Under the pieces are notes generated by a model. The model was not told the DNA's origin. It saw nothing but the letters and a program-made list of their open reading frames with translations, and did not search any database. Positions 55,651 to 64,000 of a stretch of 64,000 nucleotides of DNA are shown here, one piece after another. Both the position numbers and the translations under genes were made by a program. How positions within the stretch are numbered: the stretch's first letter is position 1; each line of letters opens with the position of its first letter. The DNA is taken from positions 8,806 through 72,805 of the forward strand of contig JAKQHY010000027.1 in the NCBI GenBank assembly GCA_029555965.1, read 5' to 3'. The stretch comes from Chloroflexota bacterium. GTDB lineage: Bacteria > Chloroflexota > Anaerolineae > B4-G1 > SLSP01.

Positions 55651-56304
55651 CTACTCCACCCCATCACTCACAGGATTTTCGGAACCTAAAAACGACTCGA
55701 TCACTTTCAGCGCGCCCAACGGCATGACTACATAATCAGAGCCTAGCAGATCGCGCACGTTGAGATAACTTGCCCGCAAAGTCCTGGCCGTTTCAATATT
55801 CCGCACAGAGCGTTCTACGAATTCATTGCGTTCTGGCAGCAAGAACAAGGCCTTGCCAGAGTCAGCAGAAACACTCCGCAGCAAACGCACGATTTCTTTT
55901 GTCTTCGGCGCCGCCATTTCCAACCGATCAATCACCACAATTTGTTCAGCAGATGCCTTCACCGAAAGCGCCGAACGCAACGCCGCCCGCCGCATTTTGC
56001 GGGGCATCTTCTTCTCATAACTCCGCGGTAGCGGGCCATGGGCAATACCACCGCCCACAAATGTCGGCGCATTACGACTTCCGTGGCGCGCGCGACCGGT
56101 GCCCTTTTGACGATACCACTTTGCCTTTGAGCGATTGTTCTCACCACGGGTTTTCGCTTTGTGCGTTCCCAGGCGAGCATTAGCTAACTGGCGCACCAAC
56201 GCCTGATGCATCAACGCAACATTGATAGGGGCCTCAAAAATCTCCGAGCGCAATTCAATCTCGTCAACCTTCTCACCCTGCATATTCAGTACAGGAACAA
56301 GCAT
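55651..56304 (-). CDS. rplD: 50S ribosomal protein L4
   Basis: 217 aa L4 family. Confidence 0.92.
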   Translation of the reverse strand: MLVPVLNMQGEKVDEIELRSEIFEAPINVALMHQALVRQLANARLGTHKAKTRGENNRSKAKWYRQKGTGRARHGSRNAPTFVGGGIAHGPLPRSYEKKMPRKMRRAALRSALSVKASAEQIVVIDRLEMAAPKTKEIVRLLRSVSADSGKALFLLPERNEFVERSVRNIETARTLRASYLNVRDLLGSDYVVMPLGALKVIESFLGSENPVSDGVE

Positions 56305-56306
56305 GG

Positions 56307-56957
56307 TTAGTTACCTCCTTTGAGAACTCTCTGCTTGCGCGCAGCCTTAACCACAACCAAACTCCCATTCGGCCCAGGAACACTGCCACGCACAGCCAGG
56401 AGGTTACGATCGGGATCAACCAACACGACTTCCAAATTCTGGATTGTCACCTGTTTGTTGCCCATTTGCCCCGGCATCTTCTTGCCTTTCCACACTTTGC
56501 CGGGCGTAGCACACGCGCCAATGGAACCGGGTGCCCGAGTACGATCGGATTGACCGTGAGTATGTGGCCCGCCGGCAAAACCATGCCGCTTCATAACCCC
56601 GGCAAAGCCACGCCCCTTAGAGCGGCCCTCAATATCTACGAACTCACCCGGTGAAAAAATATCAACCAAAATTTTCTGCCCAACCTCATAGGCCTCATCT
56701 TCACGCATACGCATCTCGCCCAGATAACGCAGATCAGCCACACCGGCTTTGCGCAAATGTCCTACTTGTCCTTTGGTCAGGTGCTTGGGCTTGGCCGCGC
56801 CGTATCCTAGTTGCACGGCACGATACCCATCCTGTTCAAGGGTGCGAATCTGGGTTACATAACAAGGCCCAGCCTCAACAATCGTTACAGGCACCACTTC
56901 ACCATCAGCTTTAATCACCTGGGTCATTCCCACTTTTTTACCCAAAATGCCTTTCAC
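56307..56957 (-). CDS. rplC: 50S ribosomal protein L3 (GTG start)
   Basis: MKGILGKKVGMTQ; GGAGG 5 nt upstream of GTG. Confidence 0.92.
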   Translation of the reverse strand: MKGILGKKVGMTQVIKADGEVVPVTIVEAGPCYVTQIRTLEQDGYRAVQLGYGAAKPKHLTKGQVGHLRKAGVADLRYLGEMRMREDEAYEVGQKILVDIFSPGEFVDIEGRSKGRGFAGVMKRHGFAGGPHTHGQSDRTRAPGSIGACATPGKVWKGKKMPGQMGNKQVTIQNLEVVLVDPDRNLLAVRGSVPGPNGSLVVVKAARKQRVLKGGN

Positions 56958-57042
56958 TACATCCTCCTTGGGACTGCCAGCGCCAGGTACGCTACATCAT
57001 CCCTCTACAAATTAGAATAAACTACACTTTGCTCACACTATT

Positions 57043-57090
57043 CCCCCTGGTCTGTGTCCTATGAGCTGCGAAAGAACAATGACCAGGGGG
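57043..57090 (-). other. structured element in unusual 185-nt rpsJ-rplC spacer: 10-bp stem CCCCCTGGTC/GACCAGGGGG with 28-nt loop, preceded on mRNA by weak hairpin + U8 (57107-57129)
   Basis: S10 and L3 genes are normally adjacent; here separated by hairpin+T8 then a second long-loop hairpin. Confidence 0.5.
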
Positions 57091-57142
57091 AAATGTGCAA
57101 AATTCCAAAAAAAACCTGGCTATCAAGCCTTGCTTAGTAGAA

Positions 57143-57505
57143 CTACAGCTTAATCTCGATGTCCACGCCAGCTGGCATATTCAAGCGCATTAAAGTATCA
57201 ATAGTTTTCGAATCCGGTTCCTGGATATCAATCAATCGCTTATGAGTACGAATCTCAAAATGCTCATGACTATCCTTGTCAATATAAGTTGACCGACGCA
57301 CGGTAAACCGCTCGATCTTAGTTGGAAGAGGCACCGGGCCAACAACCCGGGCGCCAGTACGCTCCGCCGCCTCAACAATGCGACGCGCAGACTCGTCCAG
57401 GATACGATGATCATACCCCTTTAACCGAATGCGAATACGTTGTTTTGCCATAAACCACCTGTTCTCATAATCCCGTATCGAGTGGGCGCAGGCTTTGCGG
57501 CCCAC
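57143..57505 (-). CDS. rpsJ: 30S ribosomal protein S10
   Basis: [16 protein letters not shown] motif. Confidence 0.93.
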   Translation of the reverse strand: MGRKACAHSIRDYENRWFMAKQRIRIRLKGYDHRILDESARRIVEAAERTGARVVGPVPLPTKIERFTVRRSTYIDKDSHEHFEIRTHKRLIDIQEPDSKTIDTLMRLNMPAGVDIEIKL

Positions 57506-57526
57506 TCGATACGGGCAGAAGACTAA

Positions 57527-58747
57527 CTACTCGAGGATCTTGGTGATAACACCCGCCCCAACGGTCAAACCGCCCTCGCGAATAGCGAAGCGTGAACCGG
57601 ATTCCAGGGCCACCGGAGTAATCAATTCCACAGTCATAGGAGTGCTATCGCCGGGCATCACCATCTCAACACCTTCCGGCAGTTCAACCGAGCCGGTGAT
57701 ATCCATCGTGCGAATATAGAACTGCGGTTTGTAGCCGGAGAAGAACGGCTTATGACGGCCCCCCTCATCACGGCGCAGGATATAGACCTCAGACTCGAAC
57801 TTACGCTGCGCCCGGATCGTGCCTGGTGCGGCAACGACGACACCACGGCTCACCTCTTCCTTGCCGACACCGCGCAACAGCAACCCGGCATTATCACCGG
57901 CGCGCACCACCTCGAGAGTCTTGTGGAACATCTCCATAGAGGTGACCACTGTCTTACGCGGCTTCTCGTACATATCCCCCACCAATTCCACCTCGGTGTT
58001 AGGTCGCAGCGTACCCCGATCGACACGACCGGTGACGACTGTACCACGCCCTTTGATGGAGAATACGTCCTCAATAGACATCAAGAAGGGTTTTTCATCT
58101 TCACGTTGTGGAGTAGGAATGTACTCATCCACCACGCGCATCAACTCCCAAATGCAGGCATAGGCTGGATCACTAGGATCGCTGTTCTGGCAAGTCAACG
58201 CCTGAAGGGCGGACCCTTGTACAATGGGGGTTTCGTCACCAGGGAACCCGTAGACGCTCAGCAACTCACGGATTTCCAGATCCACCAACTCCAACAGTTC
58301 TGGATCATCCATCAGGTCAACCTTGTTGAGGAAAACCACCATAGCGGGAACCTCAACCTGATGCGCCAAGAGGATGTGCTCGCGGGTCTGCGGCATAGGG
58401 CCGTCCACGGCAGAAACAACGAGGATTGCACCATCCATCTGGGCGGCGCCCGTGATCATGTTTTTAATGTAATCACGGTGACCAGGACAGTCCACATGCG
58501 CATAGTGACGATTTTCGGTCTCATACTCGACGTGAGAAATGGCGACCGTCAAAATCTTGGTAGCGTCACGGCGGAACATCTTCGCGTCAGCTTTCGCCAC
58601 TTCGTCGTAAGCCTTAGACTCGGACCACCCCTTGGTAGCCAGGGTGTGTGTAATGGCCGCGGTCAAAGTAGTCTTGCCGTGGTCAATGTGACCAATCGTA
58701 CCAACATTCACATGTGGCTTCGTGCGCTCAAACTTCTGTTTAGCCAT
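57527..58747 (-). CDS. tuf: elongation factor Tu
   Basis: [20 protein letters not shown]-motifs; 406 aa. Confidence 0.97.
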   Translation of the reverse strand: MAKQKFERTKPHVNVGTIGHIDHGKTTLTAAITHTLATKGWSESKAYDEVAKADAKMFRRDATKILTVAISHVEYETENRHYAHVDCPGHRDYIKNMITGAAQMDGAILVVSAVDGPMPQTREHILLAHQVEVPAMVVFLNKVDLMDDPELLELVDLEIRELLSVYGFPGDETPIVQGSALQALTCQNSDPSDPAYACIWELMRVVDEYIPTPQREDEKPFLMSIEDVFSIKGRGTVVTGRVDRGTLRPNTEVELVGDMYEKPRKTVVTSMEMFHKTLEVVRAGDNAGLLLRGVGKEEVSRGVVVAAPGTIRAQRKFESEVYILRRDEGGRHKPFFSGYKPQFYIRTMDITGSVELPEGVEMVMPGDSTPMTVELITPVALESGSRFAIREGGLTVGAGVITKILE

Positions 58748-58876
58748 TGCTTATCTCTCCTTACTCCTACTTGCTAATTATTTCCTTATGTTATGAGTGA
58801 AACTAATTGCCTTCTCCCAAGACCCCTCTGTGATGGGTCTCTTCAAGAAAAGCCGCTACACCACATAAGTCAACAC

Positions 58877-60955
58877 TTATGCGCCATACAAAATGGTTTC
58901 CATTTGCCGGGCATCTACCGGCGCGTAGTGATGGAACTCCATTGTGAACGTACCTCGACCCTGTGTCATACTTCGTAAATCGGTAGCGTATCCAAACATC
59001 CGGCCCAATGGGACGTATGCCCGAATCGCCTGTGCGCCGCCAACGCGCGCTTCCATAACCTGAATAGTGGCATTGCGAGCATTCAGGTTTCCTAACACCT
59101 CACCAACAAAGCTCTCCGGCGATACCACTTCCACATCCATTACCGGCTCCAACAAAGCTGGCGCCGCGGACTCAATGGCTTGGCGGCAGGCTTGCGCAGT
59201 CGCCGCTTCAAAGGCCACCTCAGTAGAAAGTTCCGGGTCGGCCTCGGCGGACAACAACCGAACGATCACTCCCACCAAAGGATACCCTGCCAAGACGCCG
59301 CTCTCCAACGAAACAAGCGCCCCAGCTCTGGTCGCCTCTAAAAAACGCGGCGACAGGTCCTGCGGACGCAAAAGAGTCTCGAAACGCGACGCCTCCCCCA
59401 AACCCGCCGGGCAAACCTCAATGCTCACCCTGGCATACTGCGGCTTCCCGCCCAACGAACGTTCAAACGTTATCGTTGTTTGGCTAGGCTGTGTCACCGT
59501 TTCTTTATATGAAACCCGAGGCTTCCCCACATTGGCTTGGACATTAAACTCACGCAGCATCCGGTCAATCAAAATCTCCAGATGCAGTTCGCCCATTCCC
59601 CAAATGATCGTCTGCCCCGTACCCTCATCTAAACGAACCTGAAAAGTCGGGTCCTCCTCGGCCAATCGCTGCAAGGCGTCATTCAATCGGTCCTGATCTG
59701 CGACGGTTTTCGGCTCCACCGCAACCGAGATAACCGGTATTGGGAATCGAATAGATTCCAAAACCAAAGGGGCGTGCATTGCAGAGAGAGTATCCCCGGT
59801 AAAGGTGTTTTTGAGACCTACTGTAGCGCCAATATCGCCGGCCCCAATCTCCTCAACCTCTTCACGATGGTCGGCAAACATCCGCAGTAGTTTAGATACA
59901 CGCTCGCGGCCACCCTTGGTAGCATTCAGGCATACATTGCCTCGGATTAACTTACCCGAATAAACTCGGAAGTAAGCCAATCGGCCTACATAGGGATCGG
60001 TAGCTATTTTAAAGACCAACGCAGCCAGAGGTGCCTCTATATTAGCCGAGCGTTCCTCAAGTTGCTGTTTCTTGGGATTCTCGCCTTTTACCGGAGGGAT
60101 ATCCGCCGGCGAAGGTAAAAAATCAACAATCGCATCAAGTAAAGGTTGGACGCCCTTGTTACGCAACGAAGAGCCACATAACACCGGTTGCAAATGACCG
60201 GCGATAGTCGCGGCGCGCAGCGCCCGCTTCAGATCGGCAACAGAGATCTCTTCGCCTTCCAGATAACGCGCCACCAGAGCGTCATCGGTTTCAACAATGG
60301 CCTCCAGCATAGCCTCACGCGCTTCACTGGCTTCCACTACTACAGAATCCGGGATTGGAACTTCCACCAGTGTCTCGCCGGACATATCAGCCCAAGTCAC
60401 GGCACGCCACTCAAGCAAATCCACCAATCCCACAAAATCTGCTTCAGCGCCAATCGGCCATTGGATGGGAATAGGATTTGCCTTCAGGCGCTTACGGATT
60501 GACTCCACTGCGCGCGCAAAATCCGCTCCCAACTTATCCATCTTGTTAATGAATGCGATCAGAGGTACCTGAAACGCCCGTGCCTGGCGCCACACTGTTT
60601 CCGATTGCGGCTCAACCCCGGCAGTGCCGTCAAATACAACGACCCCACCATCCAGAATTCGTAAGCTACGCTGCACCTCAGCCGTAAAGTCTATATGTCC
60701 CGGCGTGTCAACAATATTGATCTGATATCCACGCCAATAACACGTTACAGCAGCTGAGGTAATTGTGATACCACGCTCGCGCTCCTGGATCATCCAATCG
60801 GTAACAGTCGTTCCTTCATCCACGTTCCCCAGGCGATGAGTACGCCCAGTGTAATAAAGGATACGCTCAGTAGTGGTCGTCTTGCCCGCGTCAATATGGG
60901 CAACGACCCCGATATTACGAATACACTCTAGTGAAGGTTCAGCCGCCATCGCCAC
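58877..60955 (-). CDS. fusA: elongation factor G
   Basis: AHIDAGKTT, DTPGH, NKMD; 692 aa. Confidence 0.96.
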   Translation of the reverse strand: MAMAAEPSLECIRNIGVVAHIDAGKTTTTERILYYTGRTHRLGNVDEGTTVTDWMIQERERGITITSAAVTCYWRGYQINIVDTPGHIDFTAEVQRSLRILDGGVVVFDGTAGVEPQSETVWRQARAFQVPLIAFINKMDKLGADFARAVESIRKRLKANPIPIQWPIGAEADFVGLVDLLEWRAVTWADMSGETLVEVPIPDSVVVEASEAREAMLEAIVETDDALVARYLEGEEISVADLKRALRAATIAGHLQPVLCGSSLRNKGVQPLLDAIVDFLPSPADIPPVKGENPKKQQLEERSANIEAPLAALVFKIATDPYVGRLAYFRVYSGKLIRGNVCLNATKGGRERVSKLLRMFADHREEVEEIGAGDIGATVGLKNTFTGDTLSAMHAPLVLESIRFPIPVISVAVEPKTVADQDRLNDALQRLAEEDPTFQVRLDEGTGQTIIWGMGELHLEILIDRMLREFNVQANVGKPRVSYKETVTQPSQTTITFERSLGGKPQYARVSIEVCPAGLGEASRFETLLRPQDLSPRFLEATRAGALVSLESGVLAGYPLVGVIVRLLSAEADPELSTEVAFEAATAQACRQAIESAAPALLEPVMDVEVVSPESFVGEVLGNLNARNATIQVMEARVGGAQAIRAYVPLGRMFGYATDLRSMTQGRGTFTMEFHHYAPVDARQMETILYGA

Positions 60956-61013
60956 TCATCTCCGTGCGCTTCGGCGATAGCCCGACCTATCCGCCTTATC
61001 CGGCGGACAGGCT

Positions 61014-61484
61014 TTACCAGCGAAGGTGCGCGAAGGCCCGGTTGGCTTCCGCCATCTTGAAAGCGTCTTCCCGACGCTTCACGGCAGCGCCCAGCCCACT
61101 GGCCGCATCCACAAATTCGGCGGACAATTTCTGAGCCATGCCACGCCCGCCGCGCTTACGAGCAGCCTCTAAAATCCAGCGAATTCCCAAAGCCAACTGC
61201 CGATAGTGGGGAACCTCCACCGGAACCTGATAGGTCGCCCCACCCACACGCCGGGGACGCACCTCGACCGAGGGCATCACATTCTGCATCGCCGTGTTGA
61301 AGAGTTCCAATCCCGGTTTGTTCGCGCGCGCTTCAGCTAATTCTAAGGCTTCATAAAAAACATGCTGCGCCACGCTTTTCTTACCACCGTGCATCATGCG
61401 ATTAACAAATTTTTGAATTTCAACGCTATGATAACGAATATCTGACGCAACTGCTCGCCTGGGTGGACGTGATCGTCTTGACAT
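61014..61484 (-). CDS. rpsG: 30S ribosomal protein S7
   Basis: 156 aa S7 family. Confidence 0.93.
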   Translation of the reverse strand: MSRRSRPPRRAVASDIRYHSVEIQKFVNRMMHGGKKSVAQHVFYEALELAEARANKPGLELFNTAMQNVMPSVEVRPRRVGGATYQVPVEVPHYRQLALGIRWILEAARKRGGRGMAQKLSAEFVDAASGLGAAVKRREDAFKMAEANRAFAHLRW

Positions 61485-61503
61485 AACTCACTCCGTTTTC
61501 AAA

Positions 61504-61923
61504 TTACTTACTGCGCTTCGAACCATACTTCGAGCGCTGTTGCTTACGCTTATCCACACCCGTGGCATCTAAGGTGCCACGCACGATATGGTAACGCACA
61601 CCTGGCAGGTCCTTCACGCGACCACCGCGCACCAACACCACCGAGTGTTCCTGCAACGTATGCCCTTCACCCGGAATATAAGCCGTCACCTCAATCCGAT
61701 TCGAGAGACGCACGCGCGCCACCTTGCGCAAGGCCGAATTGGGCTTCTTGGGTGTTTCGGTGCGCACAACGGTGCATACACCACGCTTCTGTGGGTTGCC
61801 ACCCGCAACGCGCGTTCGCCGTCCACCTTTCTTTGTATTTACATTGTACAGCATCGCCGGGGCATTGGATTTTTGAGCTTTTGGCCTTCGCCCCTTGCGT
61901 ACCAACTGATTAATTGTAGGCAC
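61504..61923 (-). CDS. rpsL: 30S ribosomal protein S12 (with ~16-aa insertion before the conserved PQKRGVC segment)
   Basis: [12 protein letters not shown]..., [24 protein letters not shown] motifs. Confidence 0.93.
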   Translation of the reverse strand: MPTINQLVRKGRRPKAQKSNAPAMLYNVNTKKGGRRTRVAGGNPQKRGVCTVVRTETPKKPNSALRKVARVRLSNRIEVTAYIPGEGHTLQEHSVVLVRGGRVKDLPGVRYHIVRGTLDATGVDKRKQQRSKYGSKRSK

Positions 61924-62101
61924 GTTCTCCTCCTAAAATTGCACAACACAATCTCATCAATTCCAGCAAATAAGGCCATCTTAAGCTGCGATGGCCTCCT
62001 GGTTATAGACCGTCTTTATGTTAAACTGAAGAAGGCAGGGGTTATAGCTGCCCTCTACTGCGAAACAGGATTTTACCACAGAGTGCAAAAAGGTCAACTG
62101 G

Positions 62102-64000
62102 CTAGTCGCCAGGGGCTAACCCCAACAACCCCATACCCAACTTCGGCAGTTGCATCCGGCGCTCATCCCGCCCAAAACGCAAGACTTCACCAGAATCAGT
62201 CACAGCTTCAACCGCCAGCGCCAAACTCTGCAATTCCTTTACCAACACCTTAAACGAAGCCGGAATTCCTGGCTCTTCAATCGGCGAACCCTTGACAATA
62301 GCCTCATACGCCTTCACACGTCCTTGGACATCATCCGACTTAATTGTCAACATCTCTTGCAAGGTGTACGCGGCACCATACGCCTCCAAAGCCCAGACTT
62401 CCATCTCACCGAAACGCTGACCGCCAAATTGCGCTTTGCCACCCAACGGTTGCTGCGTAACGAGTGAGTAAGGACCTGTCGAGCGCGTATGAACTTTATC
62501 TTCGACCAAGTGCGCCAACTTCAGCAGGTAAATGACGCCTACAGTCACCGGCTGATCAAACGGCTCCCCTGTTTTACCATTGTAAATTAACATCTTACCC
62601 AGTGTTGGCAAAGGGTCATGGTGTTGAAGACTATATTCCGTCGCCGCCAACAGCACGGCCTCATCAGCAAGCTCTGACACGCTTTGTCCACGCGATTCCA
62701 TCCACAAGCGCAAACAGGCCACTTGGACGCGCTCATTCGCAACCTGCCGTTCAGTTATAGACTGAACATCTTCCTCAAAAGAAAGGAGGGGTTGGGGATC
62801 GTAATTATGCTCTTTGAGCCATTCACGTAACACGGAACGCCGTGCATAAATCCGATCGTCACGCAAGGTATTGAGGTCATATCCTTTGGGCATTAGCCAC
62901 GATGCAATGTACAGCAAGCGGGCTTCCTCGTCGTCTCGCAGGGTTTCCAGCGGATATTCTTGCGCCTTGAGCCATACCCACGTGCGCTCCATGATCTCAT
63001 CCCAGGCGCGATCGATAAGCCAAGCCCGCGCCAATTCCGCCGCAATTTCCTGTTCATCAGCGCCGTCAAACACCGGCGTGACCGTGCGGAATCCCAAGCG
63101 GTCGGCAGCCCAGCCCAAATGGGTCTCCAGGATTTGCCCAATGTTCATGCGGCCGGGCACCCCCAGGGGATTCAAAATGATGTCAACTGGGACGCCGTCG
63201 CTCAAAAAGGGCATATCTTCAATGGGCACGATCTTGGAAATTACCCCTTTATTACCGTGACGACCGGCCATCTTGTCGCCCTCAGTGATCTTGCGCCGCT
63301 GCGCCACACTGACGCGCACCACTTTTTCGACGCCGGCCGGCAAATCGCGGTATTCCTCACGGTCAAAAACCTTGATTTCTACTACCTTCCCATGAGCGCC
63401 ATGAGGCATCCGCAGGCTGGTATCCTTAACGTCGCGAAGCTTCTCGCCAAAGATTGCGCGCAACAATTTTTCTTCAGGCGTCAGTTCCTTTTCCCCCTTA
63501 GGGGTGATTTTGCCAACCAGGATATCTAGCGGACCGACCTCAGCCCCAATGCGCACGATGCCATCTTCATCCAGATCGCGCAAAGCATCATCCGAAACAT
63601 TGGGGATTTCGCGGGTGATTTCCTCAGGGCCTAACTTGGTATCCCGCGCCGATGATTCAAGTTTTTCGATGTGAACGGAAGTAAAACGATCATCCCGCAC
63701 CAATTGCTCGCTGAGCAGAATGGCGTCCTCATAGTTGCCGCCCTCCCAGGACATAAAGGCCACCAGAACGTTTTGCCCCAAGGCCAATTGGCCGCCTTCG
63801 GTGGAGGAACTATCGGCCAGCACATCGCCGGCCTTAACGCGCTGTCCCTTGAATATCACCGGACGTTGATCTACACAAGTGCTCTGATTCGAGCGTGTGT
63901 ATTTCTTCAAATGATAGGTGACAACCTCACCGTCATCCTGACCGACCACAATGCGCTCCCCAGTGACGCTCAAAATTGCGCCGTCAGCCTTCGCCAGGAT
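62102..64000 (-). CDS. rpoB: DNA-directed RNA polymerase subunit beta, C-terminal ~630 aa (5' end beyond window)
   Basis: [32 protein letters not shown] and other conserved beta-subunit regions; ORF open to window edge. Confidence 0.93.
   Translation of the reverse strand: MLAKADGAILSVTGERIVVGQDDGEVVTYHLKKYTRSNQSTCVDQRPVIFKGQRVKAGDVLADSSSTEGGQLALGQNVLVAFMSWEGGNYEDAILLSEQLVRDDRFTSVHIEKLESSARDTKLGPEEITREIPNVSDDALRDLDEDGIVRIGAEVGPLDILVGKITPKGEKELTPEEKLLRAIFGEKLRDVKDTSLRMPHGAHGKVVEIKVFDREEYRDLPAGVEKVVRVSVAQRRKITEGDKMAGRHGNKGVISKIVPIEDMPFLSDGVPVDIILNPLGVPGRMNIGQILETHLGWAADRLGFRTVTPVFDGADEQEIAAELARAWLIDRAWDEIMERTWVWLKAQEYPLETLRDDEEARLLYIASWLMPKGYDLNTLRDDRIYARRSVLREWLKEHNYDPQPLLSFEEDVQSITERQVANERVQVACLRLWMESRGQSVSELADEAVLLAATEYSLQHHDPLPTLGKMLIYNGKTGEPFDQPVTVGVIYLLKLAHLVEDKVHTRSTGPYSLVTQQPLGGKAQFGGQRFGEMEVWALEAYGAAYTLQEMLTIKSDDVQGRVKAYEAIVKGSPIEEPGIPASFKVLVKELQSLALAVEAVTDSGEVLRFGRDERRMQLPKLGMGLLGLAPGD

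Overview
64-kb chromosomal segment whose gene content and order look Chloroflexota-like (hedged). All coordinates and GC values are estimates made by eye from the sequence. Left to right: tRNA-Leu(UAG), an orphan receiver protein, an AGE-family epimerase, a low-GC mini-island bracketed by identical 40-bp direct repeats, the gap-pgk-tpiA operon, yvcK/rsfS, three tandem M42 (TET-type) aminopeptidase paralogs, a Pro/Thr-repeat membrane protein, a VIT transporter with a DUF211 protein, kbl, argF, a TPR-cdaA-cdaR (c-di-AMP) operon, sufS-sufU, glnA, then a very high-GC operon (multi-GAF atypical histidine kinase, tandem-receiver LuxR regulator, Nudix hydrolase, endonuclease III, PH-like membrane protein) ending at the replication origin. 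dnaA (31024-32367) carries upstream and downstream DnaA boxes. It is followed not by dnaN but by a two-gene module (receiver fused to a Walker-A-degenerate ParA/MinD/CpaE-like domain, then a soluble GAF histidine kinase) whose promoter overlaps a perfect DnaA box. This is the most interesting candidate system in the window. Downstream lie greA, lysS, two tandem LysM-M23 peptidases, trxA, a YabN-like methylase-MazG fusion, and a nearly complete S10-spc-alpha ribosomal cluster on the minus strand (rpsI through a 5'-truncated rpoB), lacking rpoC, adk, map and infA. There is a sharp GC step at the origin (about 65-68% before ~30.6 kb, about 50-55% after). Several families of small intergenic repeats are present: a leader-like element with triplet heptamers found immediately upstream of four genes (one copy a 3-unit tandem array), and long perfect palindromes of the form ggtgttttttcg...cgaaaaaacacc. 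No CRISPR array, rRNA, transposase or integrase was found.
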